From the NCBI GenBank assembly GCA_963675295.2, contig CAXXKJ010000002.1, forward strand, positions 1,888,001 to 1,952,000: a DNA stretch of 64,000 nt. Reading direction: 5' to 3'. How positions within the stretch are numbered: the first letter of the stretch is position 1; the number at the start of each line of letters is the position of its first letter. A program made the position numbers and the translations under genes. Positions 10,870 to 20,080 of the stretch are shown piece after piece. Under the pieces are notes generated by a model. That model saw nothing but the letters and a program-made list of their open reading frames with translations, was not told the origin of the DNA and did not search any database. This stretch comes from a bacterium. Its GTDB lineage: Bacteria; Electryoneota; Electryoneia; Electryoneales; Electryoneaceae.

Positions 10870-13224
10870 ATGGCGGCAAAGAAACAGAAGACTGTGAAAC
10901 CACTTCCAGTGGACGAAGCCCCGGCGGCTGTGAACGAGTCCCTCTCCGGCAACGGAATCCAGCAACCTGATCCAGTCGTTGAGGAGCAGCCGACGGAGCC
11001 GCAGGACAATGGAAAACGCACCAACGGCAACCACGAACCGGTCCACGTGGACATCGGCGCGGATCCATTGCCGGATGAGTGGGTGATGTCGGATGAGCTG
11101 CTGGAATCGCCTGCCATCTTTCTCAACCGTGAGCTGACCTGGCTCAATTTCAACCGTCGGGTCCTGCAGGAAGCGGAGGAAAAGCGGAACCCGTTGCTTG
11201 AGCGGCTCAAGTTTATCTCCATTACATCCGGCAACACCGACGAATTTTTCATGAAACGTATCGGCGGTCTCAAGCAGTTGATTGGGGCCGGTGTACGTGA
11301 ATTCAGCATTGACGGCCGCAGCCCGGAGGAGCAGATCCGCTGGGCGCATGAAGAAGTCCGCCGCCTTGAGCAGGACAAGGCCGAGATCTATGCCAACCTT
11401 CATCGCCAGCTGCATCGCCGTGGAATTCACATTCTAGACTACGATGAATTGACCGACGAAGAGGTTGCTTCCCTCCGGCAACACTTTATCGACAACATCT
11501 TTCCGTTGATCTTCCCGCAGGGTGTCGGTCCTGCGCACCCGTTCCCGTTCATCTCGAACCTGTCGCTCAACCTGTTGGTCACGATTAAGCACCGTACACA
11601 CGGCGAGGATTCCCTCGCACGGGTCAAGGTACCGGTCGGGCCGGATGTGCCGCGTTTCGTGCAGGTAGGCACGACGCTGCGATTTGTCAAGGCGGAAGAT
11701 GTCGTCGCGCACAACCTCGACCTGTTGTTTCCCGGTGTCCACATCGTCAACAGTGAAATCTTCCGTGTTACCCGCAACTCGAACACGGAGAAGGACGAGG
11801 AGCAGGCGGACGATCTACTGGAATTGATCGAGAAGGAAGTACGTGACAGGGCGTTCGCGCCGATCGTGCGTCTGCAGGTGGAATCGGACATCGACCCGAT
11901 GCACCTGGAGATGCTGCTCACGTCGCTGGATCTCGATGAGTCCGACGTGTTTCACATTGACGGGATTGTCGGCAAGCGCGACCTGATGGAACTGGCGCAG
12001 CTGAATTTGCCGGACCTGAAGTTCAAATCCCACCGTCCGATCGAACACCCGCGCCTGCGCAACGAAAAGCACATCTTCCATGCGATTCGCCGGGAAGGCG
12101 ACATTCTGCTGGTGCACCCGTACGAATCGTTCACCAATACGGTCGAACGCCTGCTGCGTGAAGCGGCGTACGAACCTAAGGTGCGCGCGATTCGGATGAC
12201 GTTGTATCGTACCTCGTCCGAAAGCAAAGTCGTCGACTATCTTAAGGCTGCTGCCGCGAATGGCAAGCAGGTTGCTGTGGTGGTGGAATTGAAGGCGCGT
12301 TTCGACGAACGCGCGAATATTGCGTTCGCCGCCGAGCTGGAAGAGGTCGGGATTCATGTGACCTACGGCGTGGTCGGATTCAAGACGCACGCCAAGATGA
12401 TCCAGATTGTCCGCAAGGATTACAACGGTTTCCGCAGCTACACCCATGTCGGCACGGGGAATTATCACGCCGGCACCGCCCGCCAGTACACGGATTTCGG
12501 GCTGCTTACATGCGACCGCGATATCGGGCGTGATGTCACTGAGGTGTTCAACTTCCTGACTACCGGCTACAGCCCGTCGCGCAAATACCAGAAGGTGTTG
12601 ATGGCACCAAGCACGATGAAGAAATCGTTGCTTGGCAATATCGAGCGTGAGATCAGGCATCAGCAGGAACACGGTACCGGTTTAATCCGGATGAAGCTCA
12701 ACGCCCTCGAGGACAAGGACATCGTTAAGGCGTTCTACACGGCGTCCCGGGCCGGTGTGAAGATCGACCTCTGCATCCGTGATACCTGCCGTCTGAGGCC
12801 GGGTGTCAAGGGCTTAAGTGAAACGATCCGTGTGCGCAGCATTGTCGGACGGTTCCTCGAACACAACCGGCTGTACCATTTCCATAATAACGGCGAAGAT
12901 GAGCTGTATCTCGGTTCGTCAGACCTGATGCGCCGCAACCTCGAACACCGTGTCGAGGTCTTGTGTCCGGTGCAAAATGACCTGTTGCGCAAGGAGCTGA
13001 TGTCGTTGCTTAGCCTGATCTTCAACGACAAATTCATGCGCTGGGAGATGCAGCCGGACGGTACGTACTGCCACCCGGCCCAGCACAAGGGCCGCACACC
13101 CGGCAGTTTGCAGGAATTCATGTTGAAGATTGCGATCCGGCGTGAACGGGAGAGCGAACAGCTGAAGAAACTCACGTCGAAAGGGAAGAGCCGCCGCGAG
13201 ACCTGGGCCGGCCACATTCGGTAG
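10870..13224 (+). CDS. ppk1: Polyphosphate kinase 1
   Basis: NRELTWLNFNRRVL, HPFPFISN, HPYESF, TLYRT, ELKARFDE, KTHAK, GRFLEH. Confidence 0.97.
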   Translation: MAAKKQKTVKPLPVDEAPAAVNESLSGNGIQQPDPVVEEQPTEPQDNGKRTNGNHEPVHVDIGADPLPDEWVMSDELLESPAIFLNRELTWLNFNRRVLQEAEEKRNPLLERLKFISITSGNTDEFFMKRIGGLKQLIGAGVREFSIDGRSPEEQIRWAHEEVRRLEQDKAEIYANLHRQLHRRGIHILDYDELTDEEVASLRQHFIDNIFPLIFPQGVGPAHPFPFISNLSLNLLVTIKHRTHGEDSLARVKVPVGPDVPRFVQVGTTLRFVKAEDVVAHNLDLLFPGVHIVNSEIFRVTRNSNTEKDEEQADDLLELIEKEVRDRAFAPIVRLQVESDIDPMHLEMLLTSLDLDESDVFHIDGIVGKRDLMELAQLNLPDLKFKSHRPIEHPRLRNEKHIFHAIRREGDILLVHPYESFTNTVERLLREAAYEPKVRAIRMTLYRTSSESKVVDYLKAAAANGKQVAVVVELKARFDERANIAFAAELEEVGIHVTYGVVGFKTHAKMIQIVRKDYNGFRSYTHVGTGNYHAGTARQYTDFGLLTCDRDIGRDVTEVFNFLTTGYSPSRKYQKVLMAPSTMKKSLLGNIEREIRHQQEHGTGLIRMKLNALEDKDIVKAFYTASRAGVKIDLCIRDTCRLRPGVKGLSETIRVRSIVGRFLEHNRLYHFHNNGEDELYLGSSDLMRRNLEHRVEVLCPVQNDLLRKELMSLLSLIFNDKFMRWEMQPDGTYCHPAQHKGRTPGSLQEFMLKIAIRRERESEQLKKLTSKGKSRRETWAGHIR

Positions 13225-13228
13225 CGTG

Positions 13229-14743
13229 ATGTTTGATACCCCCATGGATTCAGCCGGAACAGACGACCATTTCAACGACTACGCGGTCGTCGATCTCGGC
13301 TCCAACAGTTTCCATCTCCACGTGATTCGTGTGCAGCACAGTGAGTGGCGGAATATCGACCGGCACCGCGAAGTTGTGCGCATGGCGGAAGGTCTGCTTC
13401 CGAACGGTAGAATCACTCCACAAAAGCAGGAAGAAGCGCTGCATGTGCTAAGCCGTTACGGAGAACGGATCGCCGGGTTCCATCCGGGCAACGTCCGTGT
13501 CATCGCAACCAGCGCGTTCCGGCACGCGAGTAAGTCGAAAGGTTTCCTGCGCAATGCGGAATCCGCCCTCGGGTTCCCGATTGATGTCATCCCCGGCGAA
13601 GAAGAAGCCCGCCTGATCTACCTCGGTATTGTCACTGACGACGCTCCCCGTGAGAAGAAACGGTTCATCATCGACATCGGCGGCGGATCGACGGAATTCA
13701 TCTACGGTGAGGGCCGCAAGCCGGTCTGTATTGACAGCGTCGAGCTGGGTAACATCAGCCTGACTCGAAATGTGTTTCAGGATCGCAAACTGACGAAGGA
13801 TTTGTTCAAAACCACGGTTACGGATGTCGTCGAAGCTCTGCGTGCAACACGTGTCTACGGGCATCGCAAGTCGTTCCAGGCGGTAGTTGGTGCGTCCGGG
13901 TCGATGCGGCTCGTCGCCGGCCTGATCAACGATCTCGGACTGGGCTCGAACAGCATCGAACCGCAGCCACTGGCGAAATTGACGAAGCTGTTCATCGACA
14001 AGGATACTCGGCAGAGGGTGATTGACGCCGGTGTCCCGGCGGAACGGGTCGAGACCTTTCCCGGCGCGCTGGCGTTGTGCACCGGCATCATGAAAGCATT
14101 CGAACTCGACCGCATCGGCATCACACGTGCCGGAGTGCGTGCCGGAATCCTTTATGACATGCTGCTGCTCCCTCGTGGGGAGGATCGCCGCCGAATCACG
14201 CTCACTCGTTGGATGGAACGGCACGGCGTCGACCGTGTTCAGCGGGATCGTGTATTTGAGTTCGTGAATAATCATCTGCCGGACATTTTGCCGCACTTGC
14301 CGAAAGACTGCGTGATGCCAGGGGAGATGCTCAGCTGGGCGTCCGACCTGCACGAAATCGGCCTCACCATCAACTACAGCGGGTACCACAAGCACGGCGC
14401 CTACCTGATCAAGAACAGTGATCTGCCGGGGTTTACGCGCCTCGAGCAAGGGCGGTTGGCGTTCCTCGTGATGAATCATCGCAAGCGGATCAAGCTGGAC
14501 CAGATCGATCCGGATGACATCGTTCCGATGCCACTACTGTTTCTGTTCCGGATGGCGTGGGCGCTGCACCGCAAGCGGGCGACAATCGACGATCCTGTGG
14601 AAGAATTGCGCGTCACGGATAACGGTTTTGTCGTCGAGTTCGTGCCCGACTGGTTGCACCGGCACCCGTTGGTCAGCCGTCAGCTTGCGCGTGAGCAGGA
14701 ACGCTGGTTGGAAATCGGCTACACGCTGAAGCTGGAATCCTGA
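13229..14743 (+). CDS. ppx: Exopolyphosphatase Ppx/GppA family (start 13226 GTG or 13229 ATG)
   Basis: VDLGSNSFHL, ATSAFR, GEEEARLIY, DIGGGSTE, LHEIG...YHKHGAY HD-like C-domain. Confidence 0.93.
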   Translation: MFDTPMDSAGTDDHFNDYAVVDLGSNSFHLHVIRVQHSEWRNIDRHREVVRMAEGLLPNGRITPQKQEEALHVLSRYGERIAGFHPGNVRVIATSAFRHASKSKGFLRNAESALGFPIDVIPGEEEARLIYLGIVTDDAPREKKRFIIDIGGGSTEFIYGEGRKPVCIDSVELGNISLTRNVFQDRKLTKDLFKTTVTDVVEALRATRVYGHRKSFQAVVGASGSMRLVAGLINDLGLGSNSIEPQPLAKLTKLFIDKDTRQRVIDAGVPAERVETFPGALALCTGIMKAFELDRIGITRAGVRAGILYDMLLLPRGEDRRRITLTRWMERHGVDRVQRDRVFEFVNNHLPDILPHLPKDCVMPGEMLSWASDLHEIGLTINYSGYHKHGAYLIKNSDLPGFTRLEQGRLAFLVMNHRKRIKLDQIDPDDIVPMPLLFLFRMAWALHRKRATIDDPVEELRVTDNGFVVEFVPDWLHRHPLVSRQLAREQERWLEIGYTLKLES

Positions 14744-14835
14744 TCACACCAGATCTGAACGCTCGCTGCATGATAATCCTGTCGAACGCAGATCCTCCGC
14801 GAGCATAGTTTCCATCGAATTTTAGCTCCCAGCGC

Positions 14836-14864
14836 TTGACTGTTGCTCTATGTAATGTCATACT
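14836..14864 (+). promoter_or_regulatory. Putative sigma70-type promoter for FG-GAP gene
   Basis: TTGACT-N17-CATACT with TG extended -10, in an AT-rich intergenic region. Confidence 0.45.
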
Positions 14865-14929
14865 ATTATTGCATTGAAACGCTTTTTGTATGTGCAGTTT
14901 TATCAAACAGATGAGCCTAGGAGACAACG

Positions 14930-16768
14930 ATGAAAATGCTCGCGTTTGTGGTAAGCCTGCTGTTCCTTCCCCTGATGGTGTTCGCCCAGATCAACTGGGG
15001 CAGTGCTCAGATTGCCGGATCCGGCATCAACTTCGCATCCCAGGTTTGTGCCGCTGATTTTGATGGGGACGGCGACATGGATCTCGCCGCCCCTGACGCC
15101 GAACCGTACTACAACGCCAAAATTCACTATTACGAGAACCTGGGTGATGGAACCTTCACCGATCACATTGTCCAGACAGGTCTGGTCAGTCCGCGCGGTG
15201 TGAACGCAGTCGACCTGGATCAAGACGGTGACATGGACATTCTCTGCACTGACCGTGCGTCGGACGGCTTGTTGTTCTGGCTGGAGAATGACGGCAGCGC
15301 AAGCTTTACTTATCACCTGGCCGGTGATGGCCTGGATGGTGGTGAACGGGGTTGTGCGGCCGATTTCGATGGTGATGGCGACCTCGACCTTGCCAGCGTG
15401 GAAAGCGGATCCAACAGCGGTTGGGATGTGTCGTGGTGGGAGAACGATGGTTCGCAGAATTTTACACGCCATCTCGTTGATGCAGATTTCTGGGGTGCAA
15501 ATCATGTCAACACCGCAGATCTGAACCAGGACAGTCATATCGACATTCTCGCGACGTCCGGCTATGCGAATAACTGGGGCAAACTTGCCTGGTACATGAA
15601 CATGGGCGACGGCACATTCGAGCGTCACATCGCGCTAAACCAGTTTGATCGCGCCGGGAATCCGGTGGCCGCCGATATGAACGGCGACGGCATCCTCGAC
15701 CTGCTCGCGACGTCCGCCGATCTCAACACTGTTACCTGGCTGGAAGGGGATGGCACTCCGGAAGACGGCGGTTGGATCGCACATGACCTTACCACAACCT
15801 ATCAGCAGGCGCATGGCCTGAACGTTGCCGATTTCGATGGTGACGGCGCGTTGGACATTGTCACCTGCGCCTGGACCGGTGATCAGGTAAGCTGGTGGCA
15901 GAACGACGGCACGGGTGTGTTCACCGAATACATGATCGCGGCATTTGAGGGACCGACGGACGTGATCGCGGCGGACATGAACGGGGACAATTTGCTGGAC
16001 GTTGTCGCCACGTCCACCGACCTCGATCTGATCGCGTATTGGGAACAGGGTGGTGAAAACGTACCGGTCTTGCTGGATCTCACCGGCCAGAACACGGCCC
16101 TGCCGATCAATGGTGGACTGGTGACGTACACCGTTACAATCCAGAATAACCTCGACCGTGTGTTTGCCGGAACCTGGTTCTGGACCAATGTCACGTTACC
16201 CAACGGCAATGTGTTTGGCCCACTGATGCAGCTGCCTGTGGTCATCCGCCCGTACATGAACGTCAACGTTCCCGGTGTGACACAGTACGTGCCCGGGTAC
16301 GCACCCGGCGGCACGTACCAACTGAACGGTTACCTGGGTTTCATTGGCAATCCCGACCTGCAGGTGACTGACAGCTTCCTCTTCACCAAAGCCGGCGGCC
16401 CGACCCAGGAGGTCGACCAGGTGGAATTCAATCCGAACGATTGGGCCTCAGGCGGATCGTTTGAGACGGCCATGACTGCGGATGATGAATTGGCGATCCC
16501 AACGGAATTCGCTGTCAGCCGTGCGTATCCGAACCCGTTCAACCCATCCACGTCGTTGACGGTGACGCTTCCAGACGCGGCGGATCTGCGGGTTGCGGTG
16601 TACAACGTCGCCGGGCAGCTCGTCGCGACACTCGCGGACGGACACACCGGCGCGGGCAGCCACGAATTGAGCTTCAACGCAGTGCATCGGTCCAGCGGTA
16701 TCTACTTCGTCCACACGCAGGTGAACGGTGTCGCGAAGGGTGTGCAGAAGGTGACGCTGATGAAGTAG
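14930..16768 (+). CDS. Secreted FG-GAP/VCBS repeat beta-propeller protein + shared module + CTD
   Basis: Signal peptide, about 7 DxDGDGDxD repeats, shared module at ~16061-16390, AYPNPFN...KVTLMK tail. Confidence 0.88.
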   Translation: MKMLAFVVSLLFLPLMVFAQINWGSAQIAGSGINFASQVCAADFDGDGDMDLAAPDAEPYYNAKIHYYENLGDGTFTDHIVQTGLVSPRGVNAVDLDQDGDMDILCTDRASDGLLFWLENDGSASFTYHLAGDGLDGGERGCAADFDGDGDLDLASVESGSNSGWDVSWWENDGSQNFTRHLVDADFWGANHVNTADLNQDSHIDILATSGYANNWGKLAWYMNMGDGTFERHIALNQFDRAGNPVAADMNGDGILDLLATSADLNTVTWLEGDGTPEDGGWIAHDLTTTYQQAHGLNVADFDGDGALDIVTCAWTGDQVSWWQNDGTGVFTEYMIAAFEGPTDVIAADMNGDNLLDVVATSTDLDLIAYWEQGGENVPVLLDLTGQNTALPINGGLVTYTVTIQNNLDRVFAGTWFWTNVTLPNGNVFGPLMQLPVVIRPYMNVNVPGVTQYVPGYAPGGTYQLNGYLGFIGNPDLQVTDSFLFTKAGGPTQEVDQVEFNPNDWASGGSFETAMTADDELAIPTEFAVSRAYPNPFNPSTSLTVTLPDAADLRVAVYNVAGQLVATLADGHTGAGSHELSFNAVHRSSGIYFVHTQVNGVAKGVQKVTLMK

Positions 16769-16807
16769 GGATGGAGTTGACCGCACTACGATGACGCAGC
16801 AAACAGC

Positions 16808-16837
16808 AAGGGGACAACCGCATCAGTTGTCCCCTTT
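16808..16837. terminator. Probable bidirectional terminator
   Basis: aaggggacaac-cgcatca-gttgtcccctt between convergent genes. Confidence 0.7.
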
Positions 16838-16862
16838 GATATTCGCCGCAATGCAGCCGGAT

Positions 16863-17570
16863 CTAGCTTTTCTTGACGAACAGATCGTCGTCCGGGAGGA
16901 TCTGCATCCCGGGTGACAGTTCCTGGAACTTGATCCCCGGTTGGTTCAAGTGGTACGCGTAGTTGAGGAAGATCAGCAGCTTGGTCAGACCTTCCATCGT
17001 CGGGGCGGCGTCAACCTTGCCGATGTCGTACGCCTGGAAGCCCATCTGCTTGATCCACAGCTGGACCTGATGTTTCGCCTCGAGGTCGTCCCCGCAGATC
17101 AGGATGTCGCAGTTCGGCGGCATCGTGTGGTTCAGCAGCATCGTCGCGGACACGTTCTTGAACGCGCCGACCACGAGGAATTCGTCGCCGAGCACTTCCT
17201 GCGCTTCGGCGGTGTAGGAGCCATCCTCCGGCCAGATTTCGCTGAGGTGGTTGTCGGGATCGACCGGCGCGGTGACGTCGACAATGATCTGCTCATCGTC
17301 GAGGTGATCTTTGATCGACTCGAGCACGGCCCGGTGGCCGGTGCTGGGGACGGTGATGAAGACAACCTCAGCGTCCTTGACGGCGTCGATGTTGGTCGCG
17401 GCTTCGAACCGTTCGGCGGGCAATCCGACAAACGGCGGCAGGTTTTCCTGCAGAATCTTCGCTTTCTCGAGGTCACGTGACCCGATCACGGCTGTCCAGC
17501 CCGCGGCAGCGATCCGTGTCGCGATGCCCGCGCCCTGCCAGCCTGTTCCCCCAACGACCGCACACCTCAT
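16863..17570 (-). CDS. npdG: NADPH-dependent F420 reductase family oxidoreductase
   Basis: VGGTGWQGAGIA Rossmann motif, IGSRD, VVGAFKNVSA, DILICGDD; ATG 17570 with GGAGG RBS. Confidence 0.8.
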   Translation of the reverse strand: MRCAVVGGTGWQGAGIATRIAAAGWTAVIGSRDLEKAKILQENLPPFVGLPAERFEAATNIDAVKDAEVVFITVPSTGHRAVLESIKDHLDDEQIIVDVTAPVDPDNHLSEIWPEDGSYTAEAQEVLGDEFLVVGAFKNVSATMLLNHTMPPNCDILICGDDLEAKHQVQLWIKQMGFQAYDIGKVDAAPTMEGLTKLLIFLNYAYHLNQPGIKFQELSPGMQILPDDDLFVKKS

Positions 17571-17748
17571 CCCAGCCTCCGATTCAGCAAATAACCAGTA
17601 AGGCAAGAGGATACGGGCAGATTCGGGGCGAGGCAACCGGGGATTTGCGACCGGTGGTCTCCCGGCAGAAACGAGTCGACCCCCGGACTGGGGGATCCGG
17701 GGGTCGTGGCGCCATGTGGCAGTCGAGGGTATGAACAAAGTAGGTCGT

Positions 17749-19842
17749 TTACTTCATCAACACAAGCTTCCGTGTGAAATTCGTTGAATTCGCCGAAATT
17801 GTCAGGAAATAGACACCGCTTGGCAGATCAGACGCATCCAACGTCAACCGGTGATCACCTGCTGCAAAGGTTCCATCGGCCAGGATCGCCACCTGCCGGC
17901 CGAGGGTGTTATGGACGACAGCGTGCAGGTCCGCGGCGGCGGGAAGCGTGATGTCAATGGACGTTTGCGCGTTGAACGGGTTCGGCCATGCGGCACTGAC
18001 CGTCATCTCCGTCGGCAGCAGCTCCTCACCCAGCCAGTCACCGGTCACACTCGGTGGCTCCTCGGTGTACTCGGATTTCCAGCTGGTGACAATCTCATCC
18101 CCATCCGCGACCAGCGCCTGCTTGGTGAACGGGAACATATAGCTGTCGGCGACAAACGAGGGGTAAAATCCCAGTTTAGCGACAAACTGGTAAGGTCCGG
18201 CCGGTGCCATTGCCGGAACCCACTGGGAACGATTGAGGCTCTGCCACATCACACCCGGCTGCAGAGTGATGGTCTGCCGATTGATGTAGTATGTATTTCC
18301 ATTCGGCAGGATCGCTTCAAACCACAGGTGGCCGGTCCGAGAGTTGGGCAAGTTGTTGCTGATGAAAATGTCGTAGTTGAAGCTACCGCCCATTGTCGGG
18401 ATAAAAATTGGCTGCCATGCCGGAAGGTTCAACAGGTTCACGGGCGGATTCACTGGCGCCGGCCGGTTGATCAATAAATCGGCGATGACAACCGGTGGTG
18501 TGTTGAGGATGTTGGCGACAGTCACATTGGTTGGGCTGAAGTTGTAACTCTGACTGTTCGGCAGTGAAAGGGCATTAAACAGCCCGTTGCCCGCCCAGCC
18601 GGGGTAGGGGTCTCCACCGTCCCCCATGTTCAACCCCTGTTCCAGCGCCCACAGCGCGTCCCCCTGTTCCAGTGCCACCTGGTAGTGTCCGGAGTTGGTG
18701 AAGCCGGGGTACCACTCGTTACAGTTGAGTGTGGTCACGGCATCGTCAACATGATAAATGCACAACCCACTACCGGGCAGGAAGCTGTCAAAGCCGATTG
18801 GCTGCCGGTTTTCGAGCAGGAAGTATTGGTTTCCGTAGTTACCATTCGTCCAAACGCGGAACATCAAGGCAACTTGTTCAATCGGGGCAAGTGGAAATCC
18901 GATAATGTCTTCAAACACGTTCTCCGGTGAGGCGAAGGTTGCCTGGATGCGAGACCAGGCATCCAAGTGCGCCGGAGAACTCCCCATTAGCGCGGGGCCG
19001 TTCCACATGCCGTACGCCATCAGGCTCCATTGGCCGAGTCCAAATGACGAGTAGTCGAGGTCGTACAGGTCCGGCAGGCCGAGTACACTGTGGCCCATCT
19101 CATGGCAGATGACACCGGGTGTCAAGTCACCGGGTACGTTGTAGAATTCCGGTACCATCGCGTAAGTGGAGACGTACACGCCATCGTTGGTCCAGAACGG
19201 CGCAGGCAGGGACCAGGCGTGCGACCAGACATCCCAGTTCGATCCGGACCAGGCGGCGTCGGTGCCGGAATGCACCACGACCAGCCCGTCGACAGAACCG
19301 TTTCCGTCATGGTCATACTGGGCGAAGTTGACCAGCGGATCGACCATCTGGACAATGTCTTCGACCATTTTCTGGCAGTTCTGCGGGTAGGTGCCGAAGC
19401 CATTCTGGCCGTTGGTGTAATAGGCATAGGTTTGCGGCAGGGTTTGCCAGCCGGTTGCGCTCGGGAAGTTGCCGGTGAACAGCTGGAATTCTCCGTAACT
19501 GACTTCCCGGAAGTAATCCCAGACGGTACCAGGATTGGGGGTGAAGAACAGATTGTCATAAAAGGGTGGAATCGTCATCGACAGTTGATCCGGGAAATCT
19601 GCGAGCAGGACGATTGAGCCGAAATTGTAAACTTCCAGGTTTCCACCGAGGGTGACACCCATCGGGGCATCCACACCCATGTTGTGCAGATCGACAGAAT
19701 TTTCATAGGCGTAGGGTGCGTCAATTTGTCCAGAACGAATCAGGTAATCGATTTCTGGGGAGGGCGGTGTTGCAAGCAACAGGATGGGTAGCAGGGTCGA
19801 AATCGGGATAACCAGCCACCACCGCCGCAGGACGGTCTTCAT
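17749..19842 (-). CDS. M6 (immune inhibitor A-like) metalloprotease + shared module + CTD
   Basis: CHEMGHSVLGLPDLYD, WSLMAYG, YFLLENRQ, WPNPFN...KLVLMK; GGAGG RBS. Confidence 0.92.
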   Translation of the reverse strand: MKTVLRRWWLVIPISTLLPILLLATPPSPEIDYLIRSGQIDAPYAYENSVDLHNMGVDAPMGVTLGGNLEVYNFGSIVLLADFPDQLSMTIPPFYDNLFFTPNPGTVWDYFREVSYGEFQLFTGNFPSATGWQTLPQTYAYYTNGQNGFGTYPQNCQKMVEDIVQMVDPLVNFAQYDHDGNGSVDGLVVVHSGTDAAWSGSNWDVWSHAWSLPAPFWTNDGVYVSTYAMVPEFYNVPGDLTPGVICHEMGHSVLGLPDLYDLDYSSFGLGQWSLMAYGMWNGPALMGSSPAHLDAWSRIQATFASPENVFEDIIGFPLAPIEQVALMFRVWTNGNYGNQYFLLENRQPIGFDSFLPGSGLCIYHVDDAVTTLNCNEWYPGFTNSGHYQVALEQGDALWALEQGLNMGDGGDPYPGWAGNGLFNALSLPNSQSYNFSPTNVTVANILNTPPVVIADLLINRPAPVNPPVNLLNLPAWQPIFIPTMGGSFNYDIFISNNLPNSRTGHLWFEAILPNGNTYYINRQTITLQPGVMWQSLNRSQWVPAMAPAGPYQFVAKLGFYPSFVADSYMFPFTKQALVADGDEIVTSWKSEYTEEPPSVTGDWLGEELLPTEMTVSAAWPNPFNAQTSIDITLPAAADLHAVVHNTLGRQVAILADGTFAAGDHRLTLDASDLPSGVYFLTISANSTNFTRKLVLMK

Positions 19843-20013
19843 ACGGACCTCCAGTCAAAGGACGGGACAACGATCGGTTGACGAATTGTGTCGGGGGTCT
19901 CAAAAGGTGGATTGTTTTTGTAAAAAACGCAATGTTTTACTTTGTTTGTTTTCAGCTCGTTGAGGCAAACAGCGTCGTGCAGGGAGACAGTTGCGATCCG
20001 ACAGCAACAGAAA

Positions 20014-20037
20014 TGCCACGAACCGAAGTCCGTGGCA
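20014..20037. repeat. REP-like GCCACG..CGTGGC palindrome (copy 1 of 4)
   Basis: tgccacgaaccgaagtccgtggca; related hairpins at 37164, 54258, 58850. Confidence 0.6.
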
Positions 20038-20080
20038 GTTGTTGTGTCGAGAGACAAGGGACTAGAGACTGGAGACGATC

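Noticed and set aside
10305-14743. sixA-ppk1-ppx cluster as a novel system
   Set aside because: Common, well-known polyphosphate gene arrangement.
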